From the NCBI GenBank assembly GCA_964383635.1, contig CAYLIG010000003.1, positions 32,097 to 96,096 of the forward strand: a stretch of DNA of 64,000 nucleotides. The letters are read 5' to 3'. Below the pieces are notes generated by a model that saw only the letters and a list, made by a program, of their open reading frames with translations, did no database searches and was not told the origin of the DNA. The position numbers and the translations under genes are program-made. Positions 19,300-29,300 of this stretch are shown one piece after another. The first letter of the stretch is position 1. The number at the start of each line of letters is the position of its first letter. The stretch comes from an uncultured Christensenella sp. GTDB taxonomy: Bacteria > Bacillota > Clostridia > Christensenellales > CAG-138.

Positions 19300-20331
19300 A
19301 TGCCTGATCAAGGTATTGGCGTATGGAGCTATGGTCTCTATTTGCCACAGCGCGTCATGACGGCGCAGGAAATTTCGGAGGCGACAAAGGGCGTCTGGAG
19401 CGAGGATGCCGTGAAAAACAAGCTCGGCATTGTGCAAAAGCGAATTCCCGGAGAAGACGACGGAACGCAGGAGATGGCCGTTCGCGCGGCAAAGGACGCG
19501 CTTGAGCGCGGCGGAGTCGATCCGCGCAGCATCGATTTGATCCTTTGCGTCGGCGAAGAGTGGAAGGAATATCCGCTCACCACCTCCGCGCTCTACGTGC
19601 AGGGGCAGATAGGCGCGGACAACGCTTGGGGCATCGACGTGCAAAATCGCTGCTGCACCACCTGCTCCGCCATCAAAATTGCAAAAGATATGATGACCGC
19701 GGACGAAGAGATCAACACCGTCCTTGTCGTCGGCGGTTATCGCAACGGCGATTTTGTGGACTATACGGACAAGGATATGTCCATGATGTATAACCTCGGC
19801 GCCGGCGCCGGCGCGCTCATCCTCAAAAAGGGCATGGACCGCAACCTCGTTCTAGGCTCGCATATCATGGGAGACGGCAGCCTCGCGCGCGACGCTGGCG
19901 TCGAAATCGGCGGCATCTGCCGTCCGTTTACGCCGGACAACGTGGCGGAAGGATACCGCTCGCTCCGCCTGATGGACGCCGCGCACATGAAAGCGCGCCT
20001 CAACGAGGTTTCGGTTGCCAACTGGTATCGCTGCATCGACGAGTCCCTTCGCAAATCCGGCGGCCTGACGAGGGCGGACATCGGATATCTGGCGATTCTG
20101 CACTTCAAGCGCTCCCAGCACGATGCCATGGTCGCCGAGCTGGGTCTGACGCCGGAGCAGACCGTCTATCTGGAAGAATACGGCCATATCGGGCAGATCG
20201 ACCAGATCCTCTCCCTCGCGCTGGGTCTTGAGCAGGGCAAAATTCAAGACGGCACGCTCGTAACCATGATTGCGGCGGGAATCGGCTATGTCTGGGCGTC
20301 CACCTGCATTCGCTGGGGACAGGCAGAATAA
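19300..20331 (+). CDS. 3-oxoacyl-ACP synthase III (FabH/OleA-like thiolase-fold) family protein
   Basis: DVQNRCCTT (catalytic Cys), ILHFK, YGHIG, AAGIGYVW. Confidence 0.85.
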   Translation: MPDQGIGVWSYGLYLPQRVMTAQEISEATKGVWSEDAVKNKLGIVQKRIPGEDDGTQEMAVRAAKDALERGGVDPRSIDLILCVGEEWKEYPLTTSALYVQGQIGADNAWGIDVQNRCCTTCSAIKIAKDMMTADEEINTVLVVGGYRNGDFVDYTDKDMSMMYNLGAGAGALILKKGMDRNLVLGSHIMGDGSLARDAGVEIGGICRPFTPDNVAEGYRSLRLMDAAHMKARLNEVSVANWYRCIDESLRKSGGLTRADIGYLAILHFKRSQHDAMVAELGLTPEQTVYLEEYGHIGQIDQILSLALGLEQGKIQDGTLVTMIAAGIGYVWASTCIRWGQAE

Positions 20332-20370
20332 CCGCACCCGCTTCGACAGAAAAAGAAAGGAACTCCGTTC

Positions 20371-21696
20371 ATGTTTGATTTCCGCACCAAATATCCGGAA
20401 AAGTGTATCACCGCCGAGCAAGCGCTCGAGATGGTCAAGAGCAACGACGTCATCACCGTCGGCATGGCGAGCGCAGAGCCCAATGAGTTTCTCATGAAGC
20501 TGCACACCATTGCCGAGCGCGTGCGCGACGTGACCATCACCAGCAGTCTTGCCACCGTGCAGGCGCCGTATCTCACGGATTTTCTGCGCTATCAGAACGC
20601 CTTCCGCATCGACTCCTGGTTCTATTCGGGCCAGCTGCGCGCCCTGCAGCACACGGGGCGCATCTCGTTTATTCCAAACCACCTGCATCTGGCGGGCTTT
20701 AAGCGCAACACCGCGGTGAAAACCAACATTTTCGTCTGCTCCGCTTCCATGCCGACGGAGGAAGGCATCATGCTCTCCTGCTCCAACGTGTATGAAATGG
20801 AGATGGTCAAGTCCGCGGATATCGTGATTCTCGAAGTGAGTCCGAACATCCCGCATACGATGGGCGACCACCTCGTTTCCTATGAGGACGTGGATTATAT
20901 CATCGAGAGCGATTATTATCTGCCCGCGATTACGGACGTTACGCCAAACGAGAAAGACCGCGAAATCGGGCGGCATATCGCCGAGCTTGTCCACGACGGG
21001 GACTGCCTGCAGATCGGCATCGGCGGCATTCCGAACGCCGTATGCGAGTTTCTTTCGGACAAGAAAGACCTCGGCGTACACACCGAAATGATGACGACCG
21101 GCATCATGCGTCTCATGAAAAAAGGCGTTGTTACAAACCGGAGGAAGACCCTCTGCCCCGGCGTCTCCGTTTGCTGCTTTGGCATGGGCACGCAGGAACT
21201 GTACGAGTATATGCACAACAACCCGCAGATTTGCATCAAGGCGGGCTCCTGGGTCAACGATCCGCATGTAATCGGAAAAAACGACAACCAGGTGTCGATC
21301 AACACCTCCATCGAGGTGGATCTGACGGGACAGTGCTGCTCCGAAAGCCTCGGCCATATCCAGTTTTCCGGAACCGGCGGTCAGGCGGATACCGCCATCG
21401 GCGCGCAGAATGCGAAAAACGGACGCTCGTTCATCGCGCTCTACTCCACCGCTATGGTGAAAAACCCCAATACGGGAGAGCGCGAGGAAATCTCCAAGAT
21501 CGTTCCCCTGCTGAAAAACGGCGCCACCGTTTCGCTCAGCCGAAACGATGTGGACTATGTCGTAACAGAATACGGCGCGGTCTCTTTGCGCGGGCTGGCC
21601 GTTGAAGAACGCGCGAGGCGCCTGATCTCCATTGCGCATCCAAAGTTTCGCGCGGAGCTCTCCGTGCAGGCGCGCGAATACATGTTTATGCCGTAA
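20371..21696 (+). CDS. Acetyl-CoA hydrolase/transferase family (4-hydroxybutyrate CoA-transferase-like)
   Basis: LQIGIGGIPNAV, LGVHTEM (catalytic Glu), SINTSIEVDLTGQ, SGTGGQ.D, VVTEYG. Confidence 0.92.
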   Translation: MFDFRTKYPEKCITAEQALEMVKSNDVITVGMASAEPNEFLMKLHTIAERVRDVTITSSLATVQAPYLTDFLRYQNAFRIDSWFYSGQLRALQHTGRISFIPNHLHLAGFKRNTAVKTNIFVCSASMPTEEGIMLSCSNVYEMEMVKSADIVILEVSPNIPHTMGDHLVSYEDVDYIIESDYYLPAITDVTPNEKDREIGRHIAELVHDGDCLQIGIGGIPNAVCEFLSDKKDLGVHTEMMTTGIMRLMKKGVVTNRRKTLCPGVSVCCFGMGTQELYEYMHNNPQICIKAGSWVNDPHVIGKNDNQVSINTSIEVDLTGQCCSESLGHIQFSGTGGQADTAIGAQNAKNGRSFIALYSTAMVKNPNTGEREEISKIVPLLKNGATVSLSRNDVDYVVTEYGAVSLRGLAVEERARRLISIAHPKFRAELSVQAREYMFMP

Positions 21697-21721
21697 CCGC
21701 GGCAGTCGGGAGGCGATTCAT

Positions 21722-22537
21722 ATGGCAACCTTTACGTTTGAAGGCAAGGAAGTCTATTACGAGGATCACGGCGCGGGCGAGCCGCTGCTGGTGCTCAACG
21801 GCATCTTCATGAGCTGCGCCTCGTGGGACAAGTTTATCCCCGCGTTTTCCAAAAGATGCCGCCTGCTGCTGCTCGATTTCTTCGACCAGGGACGAACCGC
21901 AAAGATGGAGCACGACTATTCGCAGCAGATTCAGGTTGCGCTTGTCGAGGCGTTCATGCGCCATCTCGGGCTTGCGCGCTGGGACATCATCGGCATCTCC
22001 TATGGCGGGGAGGTCGCGCTGGCGTATGCCGCCGCCTACCCGGGCAAGGTGCGAAAGCTGATTCTGTCCAACACCGCGCCGAACACGTCCGAATGGCTGC
22101 GGGATATCGGACACAGCTGGGAATATGCCTGCAACAGCCACAGCGGCAGACAATTTTTCAAAACCTGCATTCCGATTGTGTATTCGCCGCAGTTCTATGT
22201 GAAAAACTATGCCTGGGCAAGCGCGCGAGAGGCGCTGTTTGAGCGGGTATTTACAAGCGAAATCTACGACGCGTTCAGCAGGCTCATCCGCTCCGCGGAA
22301 GGATACGACGTTCGAGCCCGGCTCAAGGACATCACGGCGCAGACGCTTGTCGTCTCTTCGGAGTTTGATTATGTGACCCCGCTGTATCAGCAGCAGGCGC
22401 TGGTGGCGGGCATCGGCGGCGCCGCGCACGCGATGATTCCGGACGCGGGGCACGCCGTCATGTATGAAAAACCGACGGAGTTTATCTCTCTCGTGCTGGG
22501 ATTTGTCGCGTCGGATACGGACGTTCAGATCATCTGA
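21722..22537 (+). CDS. Alpha/beta-fold hydrolase
   Basis: LNG, LDFFDQG, GISYGG nucleophile elbow, D.VTP, AGHA catalytic triad pattern. Confidence 0.88.
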   Translation: MATFTFEGKEVYYEDHGAGEPLLVLNGIFMSCASWDKFIPAFSKRCRLLLLDFFDQGRTAKMEHDYSQQIQVALVEAFMRHLGLARWDIIGISYGGEVALAYAAAYPGKVRKLILSNTAPNTSEWLRDIGHSWEYACNSHSGRQFFKTCIPIVYSPQFYVKNYAWASAREALFERVFTSEIYDAFSRLIRSAEGYDVRARLKDITAQTLVVSSEFDYVTPLYQQQALVAGIGGAAHAMIPDAGHAVMYEKPTEFISLVLGFVASDTDVQII

Positions 22538-22622
22538 TCCATGCGGTTTGTCGCGTCATATACGGACGTACAGATAAACGGATAACAACGATTGTATGAA
22601 AATTTGAAATGGAGGCTGAAAC

Positions 22623-23348
22623 ATGGCTAAGCGACTGGAAGGAAAGGTTGCGCTCGTAACAGGCGGCGCGGCGGGCATTGGCGCGGAGTGCGCAAAACGG
22701 TTTGCGCGGGAGGGCGCAATCGTCTACGCCGGAGATCTTCGCCCGCTTACATTTGAGCAGGAGGGCGTGCAGTTCATTTCGCTGAACGTAACAAACGTGG
22801 AAAGCTGCGACGCGGCGGCTGGCGAGATCATCGCAAAGCACGGCAAAATCGATATCCTCGTCAACAACGCGGGCATCACGCGCGACGCGCTGATTCAGAA
22901 GATGACGGACGATATGTGGGACGCGGTCATCTCCGTCAACCTCAAGGGCGTGTTTAACCTGACTCGCATCGTGGGTCCGGCCATGATGGAGTCCGGATAC
23001 GGTTCCATCATCAACATCTCCTCCGTTGTCGGCGTATACGGCAACATCGGGCAGACGAACTATGCCGCAACCAAGGCGGGCGTCATCGGCATGACAAAGA
23101 CCTGGGCAAAAGAATTCGCAAGAAAAGGCGCGAATGTGCGCTGTAACGCAATCGCGCCGGGATATTGCATGACGGATATTCTCAAGACGGTTCCGCAGGA
23201 TCTGCTGGACAAGTTCGCCAAGATGACCATGCTCGGCCGTCTCGGCCAGCCGGAGGAGATTGCCGACGCGGCGCTGTTTTTAGCGAGCGACGAATCGAGC
23301 TATGTAACCGGTCACGTGCTGGAAGTCAACGGCGGCATGCGGCTCTAA
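22623..23348 (+). CDS. fabG: SDR oxidoreductase, FabG / acetoacetyl-CoA reductase-like
   Basis: TGGAAGIG, NNAGITRD, SSVVG..GN.GQTNYAATK (YxxxK), NAIAPG. Confidence 0.88.
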   Translation: MAKRLEGKVALVTGGAAGIGAECAKRFAREGAIVYAGDLRPLTFEQEGVQFISLNVTNVESCDAAAGEIIAKHGKIDILVNNAGITRDALIQKMTDDMWDAVISVNLKGVFNLTRIVGPAMMESGYGSIINISSVVGVYGNIGQTNYAATKAGVIGMTKTWAKEFARKGANVRCNAIAPGYCMTDILKTVPQDLLDKFAKMTMLGRLGQPEEIADAALFLASDESSYVTGHVLEVNGGMRL

Positions 23349-23352
23349 GCCG

Positions 23353-23973
23353 TCACGCCCGGCGCGGTTTTGTGCCGTTTGCGAGTAAAAAGAGCGTCTG
23401 CTGGCAGTGAAGCCGTATGTTTTGCATGGTGAGCTGCGAGTAGACGCTCTGAAAAATAAAGATGTCGGTCACAAAATGCACGCAAAGGTCGGCGAGGATG
23501 GCGGATTCCACATTTTGATCGATCAGCCCGCGCTCCTTGTCGAATTCGATTCCGATGAGAAACATGTCCCGATAGCGGTTTTGCAGCTGGCGAATCAGTC
23601 CCTGCGAAACGGGATGCGAGCACCCGTAAAGCTGCTGGCCGAGATCGATATGATCCGGATGCATCAAAAGAAATTCACTGTCGCGCAGGTAAAACGCCTG
23701 AAAGAATTCCAGAAAAGGCGCTTTCTTGTAGAACTCATATGCGGGAGAAACATACTCCGCGCGCTCGGCGCGCAGCGTGTCAAACACGTAGATATACAAA
23801 TCCTCTTTGGAAGGAAAATACTGGTAGATACTTCCGCGGGCAATCTTTGCGTCTTTGACGATATTGGACAGATTTCCCTCGCGGACATTGCGAACGCGGA
23901 ACTCCTTGATCGCGGCGCTCAGGATTCGCTCCTTCTTTTCTTCCGAAAGGTTGTTGAACGTTGAATTTGGCAT
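23353..23973 (-). CDS. TetR-family transcriptional regulator
   Basis: TFNNLSEEKKERILSAA..EF...IVKDAKIARGSIYQYF.SKEDLY. Confidence 0.92.
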   Translation of the reverse strand: MPNSTFNNLSEEKKERILSAAIKEFRVRNVREGNLSNIVKDAKIARGSIYQYFPSKEDLYIYVFDTLRAERAEYVSPAYEFYKKAPFLEFFQAFYLRDSEFLLMHPDHIDLGQQLYGCSHPVSQGLIRQLQNRYRDMFLIGIEFDKERGLIDQNVESAILADLCVHFVTDIFIFQSVYSQLTMQNIRLHCQQTLFLLANGTKPRRA

Positions 23974-24092
23974 AACGGCCTCCATTTGGATTTTACAGGT
24001 ATTTAACGGTTATTATCAGAACACAGGTGTCACCCGAAGTCAAGCGATTTTTCTCGTTTGCGCTCCGGGTCGAACCGGAAACGGAGTATGAA

Positions 24093-25295
24093 ATGGAAAA
24101 GGTATACATTGTATCGGCAAAGCGCAGCGCCATCGGCGCGTTTAACGGCGGGCTCTCCACCGTATCCGCCGGTAAACTCGGCGCGGCAGTCGCCAAAGAC
24201 GTACTTGCTGCGGCCGGCGTCGCGCCAGAGCATCTGGACGAAGTCATCGTCGGAAACATTCTTCCCGCAGGCTGCGGACAGGGTGTTGCGCGGCAGGTTT
24301 CTATTCACGCGGGCGTACCGGTCGAAATCCCCGCCTGGGGCGTATCCATGGCCTGCGGTTCCGGCATGAAGGCCGCGATGTCGGCGGCGGCGGCAATCGC
24401 GTCCGGCATGGGAAATCTGTATCTCGCCGGCGGTACGGAAAACATGAGCCTCGCGCCATATCTCATTCCCGGCGCGCGCCAGGGTCTGCGCATGGGCGAG
24501 AAGACCATCGTCGACCATATGGTATTCGATGCGCTGACGGACGCGTTTGAGGGAATCCATATGGGCATCACCGCCGAAAACATTGCCCGTCAATATGGCA
24601 TCACGCGCGAGGAGCAGGACGCATTTGCGTATCAATCGCAGCTAAAAGCCATTTACGCCGTGGACAAGGGCGTGTTCGCCGGGGAGATTACGCCGATTAA
24701 GATCGTCAACCGCAAGGAAGAGACCGTATTCGACACGGACGAATACCCCAACCGCAAGACGACGCCCGAAAAACTTGCGTCCCTCAAACCCGCGTTTCTG
24801 CCCGGCGGCACCGTGACGGCGGGCAACGCCTCCGGCATCAACGACGGCGCGGCGTTCCTCGCACTGGCTTCCGAGCGGGCGCTTGCGGATTACGGTCTGA
24901 CGCCGCTTGCGGAAATCGTCGCCTGGGGACAGGGCGGCGTGGATCCGTCCGTCATGGGTCTCGGCCCGGTGCCCGCGGTGCGCGCGGCGCTGAAGATGGC
25001 GGGATTAAGCCTTGCGGATATGCAGCGCATCGAGCTCAACGAGGCCTTTGCCGCACAGTCGCTCGGCGTTGTGAAGCTGCTCAGCGAAGAACACGGCGTG
25101 CCCCGCGAAGCGATTCTTGAGCGCACCAATCCCAACGGCGGCGCAATCGCGCTCGGCCATCCGGTCGGCGCCTCGGGCGCGCGCATCATCGTTACGCTGC
25201 TTGCCGGCATGCGCGCGGCGAAAGAAGAGCTAGGCCTTGCCTCGCTCTGCATCGGCGGCGGCATGGGAACGGCGGTAATTTTAAAAAGCTGCTGA
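24093..25295 (+). CDS. thl: Acetyl-CoA C-acetyltransferase (thiolase)
   Basis: ACGSGMKA (Cys), TAGNASGINDGAA, ELNEAFAAQ, NGGAIALGHPVGASG, LCIGGGMG. Confidence 0.94.
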   Translation: MEKVYIVSAKRSAIGAFNGGLSTVSAGKLGAAVAKDVLAAAGVAPEHLDEVIVGNILPAGCGQGVARQVSIHAGVPVEIPAWGVSMACGSGMKAAMSAAAAIASGMGNLYLAGGTENMSLAPYLIPGARQGLRMGEKTIVDHMVFDALTDAFEGIHMGITAENIARQYGITREEQDAFAYQSQLKAIYAVDKGVFAGEITPIKIVNRKEETVFDTDEYPNRKTTPEKLASLKPAFLPGGTVTAGNASGINDGAAFLALASERALADYGLTPLAEIVAWGQGGVDPSVMGLGPVPAVRAALKMAGLSLADMQRIELNEAFAAQSLGVVKLLSEEHGVPREAILERTNPNGGAIALGHPVGASGARIIVTLLAGMRAAKEELGLASLCIGGGMGTAVILKSC

Positions 25296-25357
25296 GTCGG
25301 CGGCTGATTTTGTGTATACTGGTACTGCAGAACACCAAACCGGGAGGAAAACGAGTA

Positions 25358-26242
25358 ATGAAGCAATATGAAGTGAAAACGATTTCCATAGGCGACGAAA
25401 CTCTGGCATACCGCGCCTGCGGCGAAGGAGAGACCGTCGTTCTGATTCATGGCAACATGTCCTCGTCCGCGCATTGGCAAACGACGATGGAGCATCTCGA
25501 GGGCGGCTATCGCGTGTTTGCGCCGGATCTTCGCGGGTTTGGCGAGAGCACCTACCATCACGGCTTCGATTCCTTGCGCGAGCTGGCCATGGATTTGGAG
25601 CGGTTTCTCGACGTGGCGGGCATCGACACCTGCTCGCTCGTGGGCTGGTCCACCGGCGGAGGCGTGGCGCTGGAGTTGGCCGCGAGCCTGCCAAATCGCG
25701 TAAAAAAGGCGATTCTTGTAGAGAGCGTGCCGCCGACAGGGTATCCGATGTTTAAAAAGGACGCGGCTGGGCAGCCGATCGCCGGCGAGCTGCTGAAAAC
25801 CAAAGAGGAGATCGCCGCCGATGCCGTGCAGGTAGCGCCCGTGCTCGGCGCATATACAACGGGCAACCGGGAGCTGATGCGCATCATCTGGAACGCCGTC
25901 ATCTACAATCGGGTTCAGCCCCCGGCAGAGGATTACGAGCAGTATCTGGACGCCATGATGAAGCAGCGAAACCTCGTCGATATCGACTATTCGCTGTTGA
26001 CGTTCAACATGACAAGCGAGCCTACCGGCTCTGCCGCGGGCAGCGATCGCTTAAAGAACATCCAGTGTCCCGTAACGATGATTCACGGGCGGCTTGATCT
26101 CGTTGTGCCTTACGACTGGGCAGTTGCGGCGCAGAAGGCCGTCCCCGGCGCGACGCTGATTACGCTCGATTCGACGGGGCATTCCCCGATGACCGACGAC
26201 CCGCAGCTGTTTTTTGAAGCGCTCTCCGGCAGTCTGCGATAG
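25358..26242 (+). CDS. Alpha/beta hydrolase resembling Bacillus intracellular PHB depolymerase PhaZ
   Basis: LIHGNMSSS.HW, DLRGFGESTY, GWSTGGG, LVES....GYPMFKKD..GQPI...KTKEEIA.D.VQVAPVL, QRNLVD.DY.L.TFN match the Bacillus PhaZ pattern as I recall it (not aligned computationally). Confidence 0.75.
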   Translation: MKQYEVKTISIGDETLAYRACGEGETVVLIHGNMSSSAHWQTTMEHLEGGYRVFAPDLRGFGESTYHHGFDSLRELAMDLERFLDVAGIDTCSLVGWSTGGGVALELAASLPNRVKKAILVESVPPTGYPMFKKDAAGQPIAGELLKTKEEIAADAVQVAPVLGAYTTGNRELMRIIWNAVIYNRVQPPAEDYEQYLDAMMKQRNLVDIDYSLLTFNMTSEPTGSAAGSDRLKNIQCPVTMIHGRLDLVVPYDWAVAAQKAVPGATLITLDSTGHSPMTDDPQLFFEALSGSLR

Positions 26243-26282
26243 CCATTACGACCGATCGCTCCGATTTCCCCCTCGCTCCATT

Positions 26283-26307
26283 CCACCCGCAAAGCGGGTG
26301 GTTTTTT
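26283..26307 (+). terminator. Intrinsic terminator
   Basis: CCACCCGC-aaa-GCGGGTGG followed by TTTTTT. Confidence 0.85.
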
Positions 26308-26369
26308 ATGCCGTCCGCATTTTTTCGACTAAGACGAAATCAATCTGTCCGGGATTGCCGCCCCTTGCA

Positions 26370-29300
26370 TTACGATACGTCGCAGGGCTGCGAGAATGAG
26401 GATGTGTTGTTCAGCATATCCGTCGCCAGCAGTACAATCTGTTTGCCGGTAAGCGATTCGCCGCTTGTAAACGTAAAGCTGCCTTCCGCATCCGCGTCCG
26501 CAAATCCCAGCGAAACGATGTTCGTTTTTTCATATACATAGATCTCAACGCGCCCGAACGCGCAGGCGGTGCCGGATATGCTCTTATCCGCCGCGGTATT
26601 CACCGCCGGAGCGGCCAGATTCCCGTTGCCGCCCTCCAGAAGCAGGATTAAATCCCACGGCTTGTCTCCGGAAAACGCGTTCGCCCGGATGATATTGCCC
26701 GATCCATAGTCCACGCGCACGGCGTTGCTGTTGTTTTTGCCAAACGTGTTGTTTTGAACAAAGCAGTCCGACGCGCCGTCCTCCAGATAGATCATCAGAC
26801 TGCCGGGATTGATCACCGTATTCCCGGCGATATAACAGGCTTTTATCCCGCGGTTGGTGATCCGCATGGAGATCGACCCGCCGACAACAAGGTTCCCCTC
26901 CGCCGCCGTATAGCCGCCGATCGTACCGTGCCGCTGCCCGGTGTTTACGTCGATTCCCATCCCGTTCGGCAGCGGATTGCCGTTGACGTCCACGCCGATG
27001 CGGTTGCCGAGGATGAAATTGTCCGAGCAGCCGTAACCGCTGAGGCCCGTGCCGCCGTTTTCATTGCCGCTGATGAGATTGCCCTCGCCCTCCGCCGTTC
27101 CGCCGATGCGGTGGTGGCTGCAGGCCCAGACGCCTCCGCCGGAGCGGTTGCCGACCGCTTTCGTGCCCGTAATGTCCGTGCCGATGTAATTGCCGATCAC
27201 GGCGTTTTGATAGCTGGTCGTGTCGCTGAATACAACGCCGCTCTGCGCGCCGCTGATGATATTGCGCTCCTCAAGCGTCGCACCTCCGACAATTGTATTT
27301 TTCGCGGTGCATTCCAGTACAAGATTGTTGTAAGTATCGTATTTTATTATTTTTGTGCCCGTGACATCCAGTCCTATGATGTTGCCGATGATCCGCGTGT
27401 GATCGCCCCACGTATCCATATTGATGAAATCGTTCCCGCTTGCGATATTGCGCTCGTCCGGGTTCGTGCTCCCTACGGTGATATAGAATCCCCAGTCGGT
27501 AACGAAAATGCCGTCGTAGTTGGGATAGGGCTTTGTGCCGGAAACATCCGTGCCGGCGAGATTGCCCATAACGCTCGTATACCAGCCGCCGGTGACGATC
27601 CCGCACCGGCCGTTTCCGCTGGTCAGGTTGCCCTGCCCAAGCGGGCCTGCGCCGATTGCGCGGCTCCCACCGAGCTGGTTCCAGTTTCCCTCCGCCTGAA
27701 TGCCGTTGAGCGGGAAGTTGACAATCTGCAGCCCCATGATTTTACATTTGCTTGCGGACAAGGTAAGCCCGTTTCCGTCCGAAAGCCGGCTTCCGTCCAG
27801 AATGACGCCCGCGTTGCTTGCGTCCAGCGTCAGGTAGTTCGCCTCTATGCGCAAAAGCTCGGTCTCCAGCAGAATCGTCGCAGGTTTTTTCGGGGAAAAC
27901 ACCGTCGTGTCAAATGTAATCGTCGTGTTTGGCATTAGATGCTCCAGCGCGTACCGAAGCGTTCCCTCCCCGCTGTCCGCCGTGCTCGTAACGACGTATT
28001 CGTGCTGCTCACTCGGAACCGGAATCTCGTTCGGCGGCGAATAGGGCGTGGTTTGCCTGTCCTCGCCGGTCAGCAGCGTCAGCGCATATCCCCCGGTTGC
28101 CGCGGCGGTTGCTTTTGTCGGTTCCGTGCTGTCAGCGCGTTGATAAATCGTCATGCCCGCGATGCTGTCGGCTACGATGAGCCGGTCTCCTTCGAGACAG
28201 CAGGCGTTCGCGTCGCCGAGCGTATGGATCGTTTCAATCAATACCGGGTTGTTGATATCGGAGAAATCAAGCACCTGAATCCCGTTTCCCAGCGTGGAGA
28301 TATATGCGGTGGTTCCGTCCAGCGTGACCCCCATGGGACTGCCGGACATCGCAAATTCACCGGTCTTGTGCGGATTGGAAGGATCGCTGACGTCTACGAT
28401 CCATAGTCCCGGCTCGCCGGCGCAGAGCACCGTCGTGTCGTTGAGAAAAGCAACCGCCTCGCCGCTGGAGTTGTTGTCCATCGCCGCGAGCTGTTTGAAA
28501 TGGAACGGATCGGAAATATCGAATATCTGCAGTCTCGGGCCGGTGATAAACAGATTTCCGCGCACGGCGGCGCTGTTCGGCTCAATATCCAGATAGATCA
28601 AATCCGCAAGCGCGGGGTTTGAAGAATCGCTCAAATCAATCGACACAATTCCGTGTTCGCCGGATATAAACGCCATCCCGTTTTCCAGCGCAAACGAACG
28701 AAACGCGGTATTGAATACATCCGCGTCGTTCGGTATCGCGCCAAGTTTTTTTGGCGCGAGCGGGTTTTCCAGATCAAAGATTACAAGCGGTTCCCTTGTG
28801 TCGATATGCGTGGACATATACGCTTTGTCGTCCGATACGAGTATGTTATTCACATAACCGCCGTCGGAGTTATACCAGAACGCCTCCTGCGGATTGCCGT
28901 AGTCGCTCAGGTCGATCACGTGCATGCCGGACAGCCCGCCCGCGACGTACGCGGTCGTCCCGGACACCGTCAGGCGGCGCGCGCCCGTCAGCGGCATCCA
29001 GCGGCTGATCAGCGCGGGCGCAGACTTGTCCGAATAATCGACCGTCACCAGGCCGAATTCCTCGTCCAGCAAAAACGCCGTGCTGCCGTTCACCGTGCCG
29101 GAGCCGACAAAGCCGTACAGCGTAAACGTCGACACAAGCGCAGGTTCATCCGCCGAAATGTCGTATAGCATCGCGCCGTCCGCGCCGTCGAGCACGAGCA
29201 GATCGTTTCCCACACAATCCAGCCCCATCGCCCAGCCTGTCGTTTCCAGATTGCGCACAAGCGCCGGCGCAAGCGGTTGAGCGATATCAAACACGCTGAC

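Noticed and set aside
19852-21639. 595-aa antisense ORF
   Set aside because: Mirror of the well-supported fabH-like and CoA-transferase genes; long antisense ORFs are expected with GC-rich codon bias and it has no recognisable motifs. The same applies to 6818..7921, 11033..12097, 17082..18059, 26754..27938 and 53603..54601.
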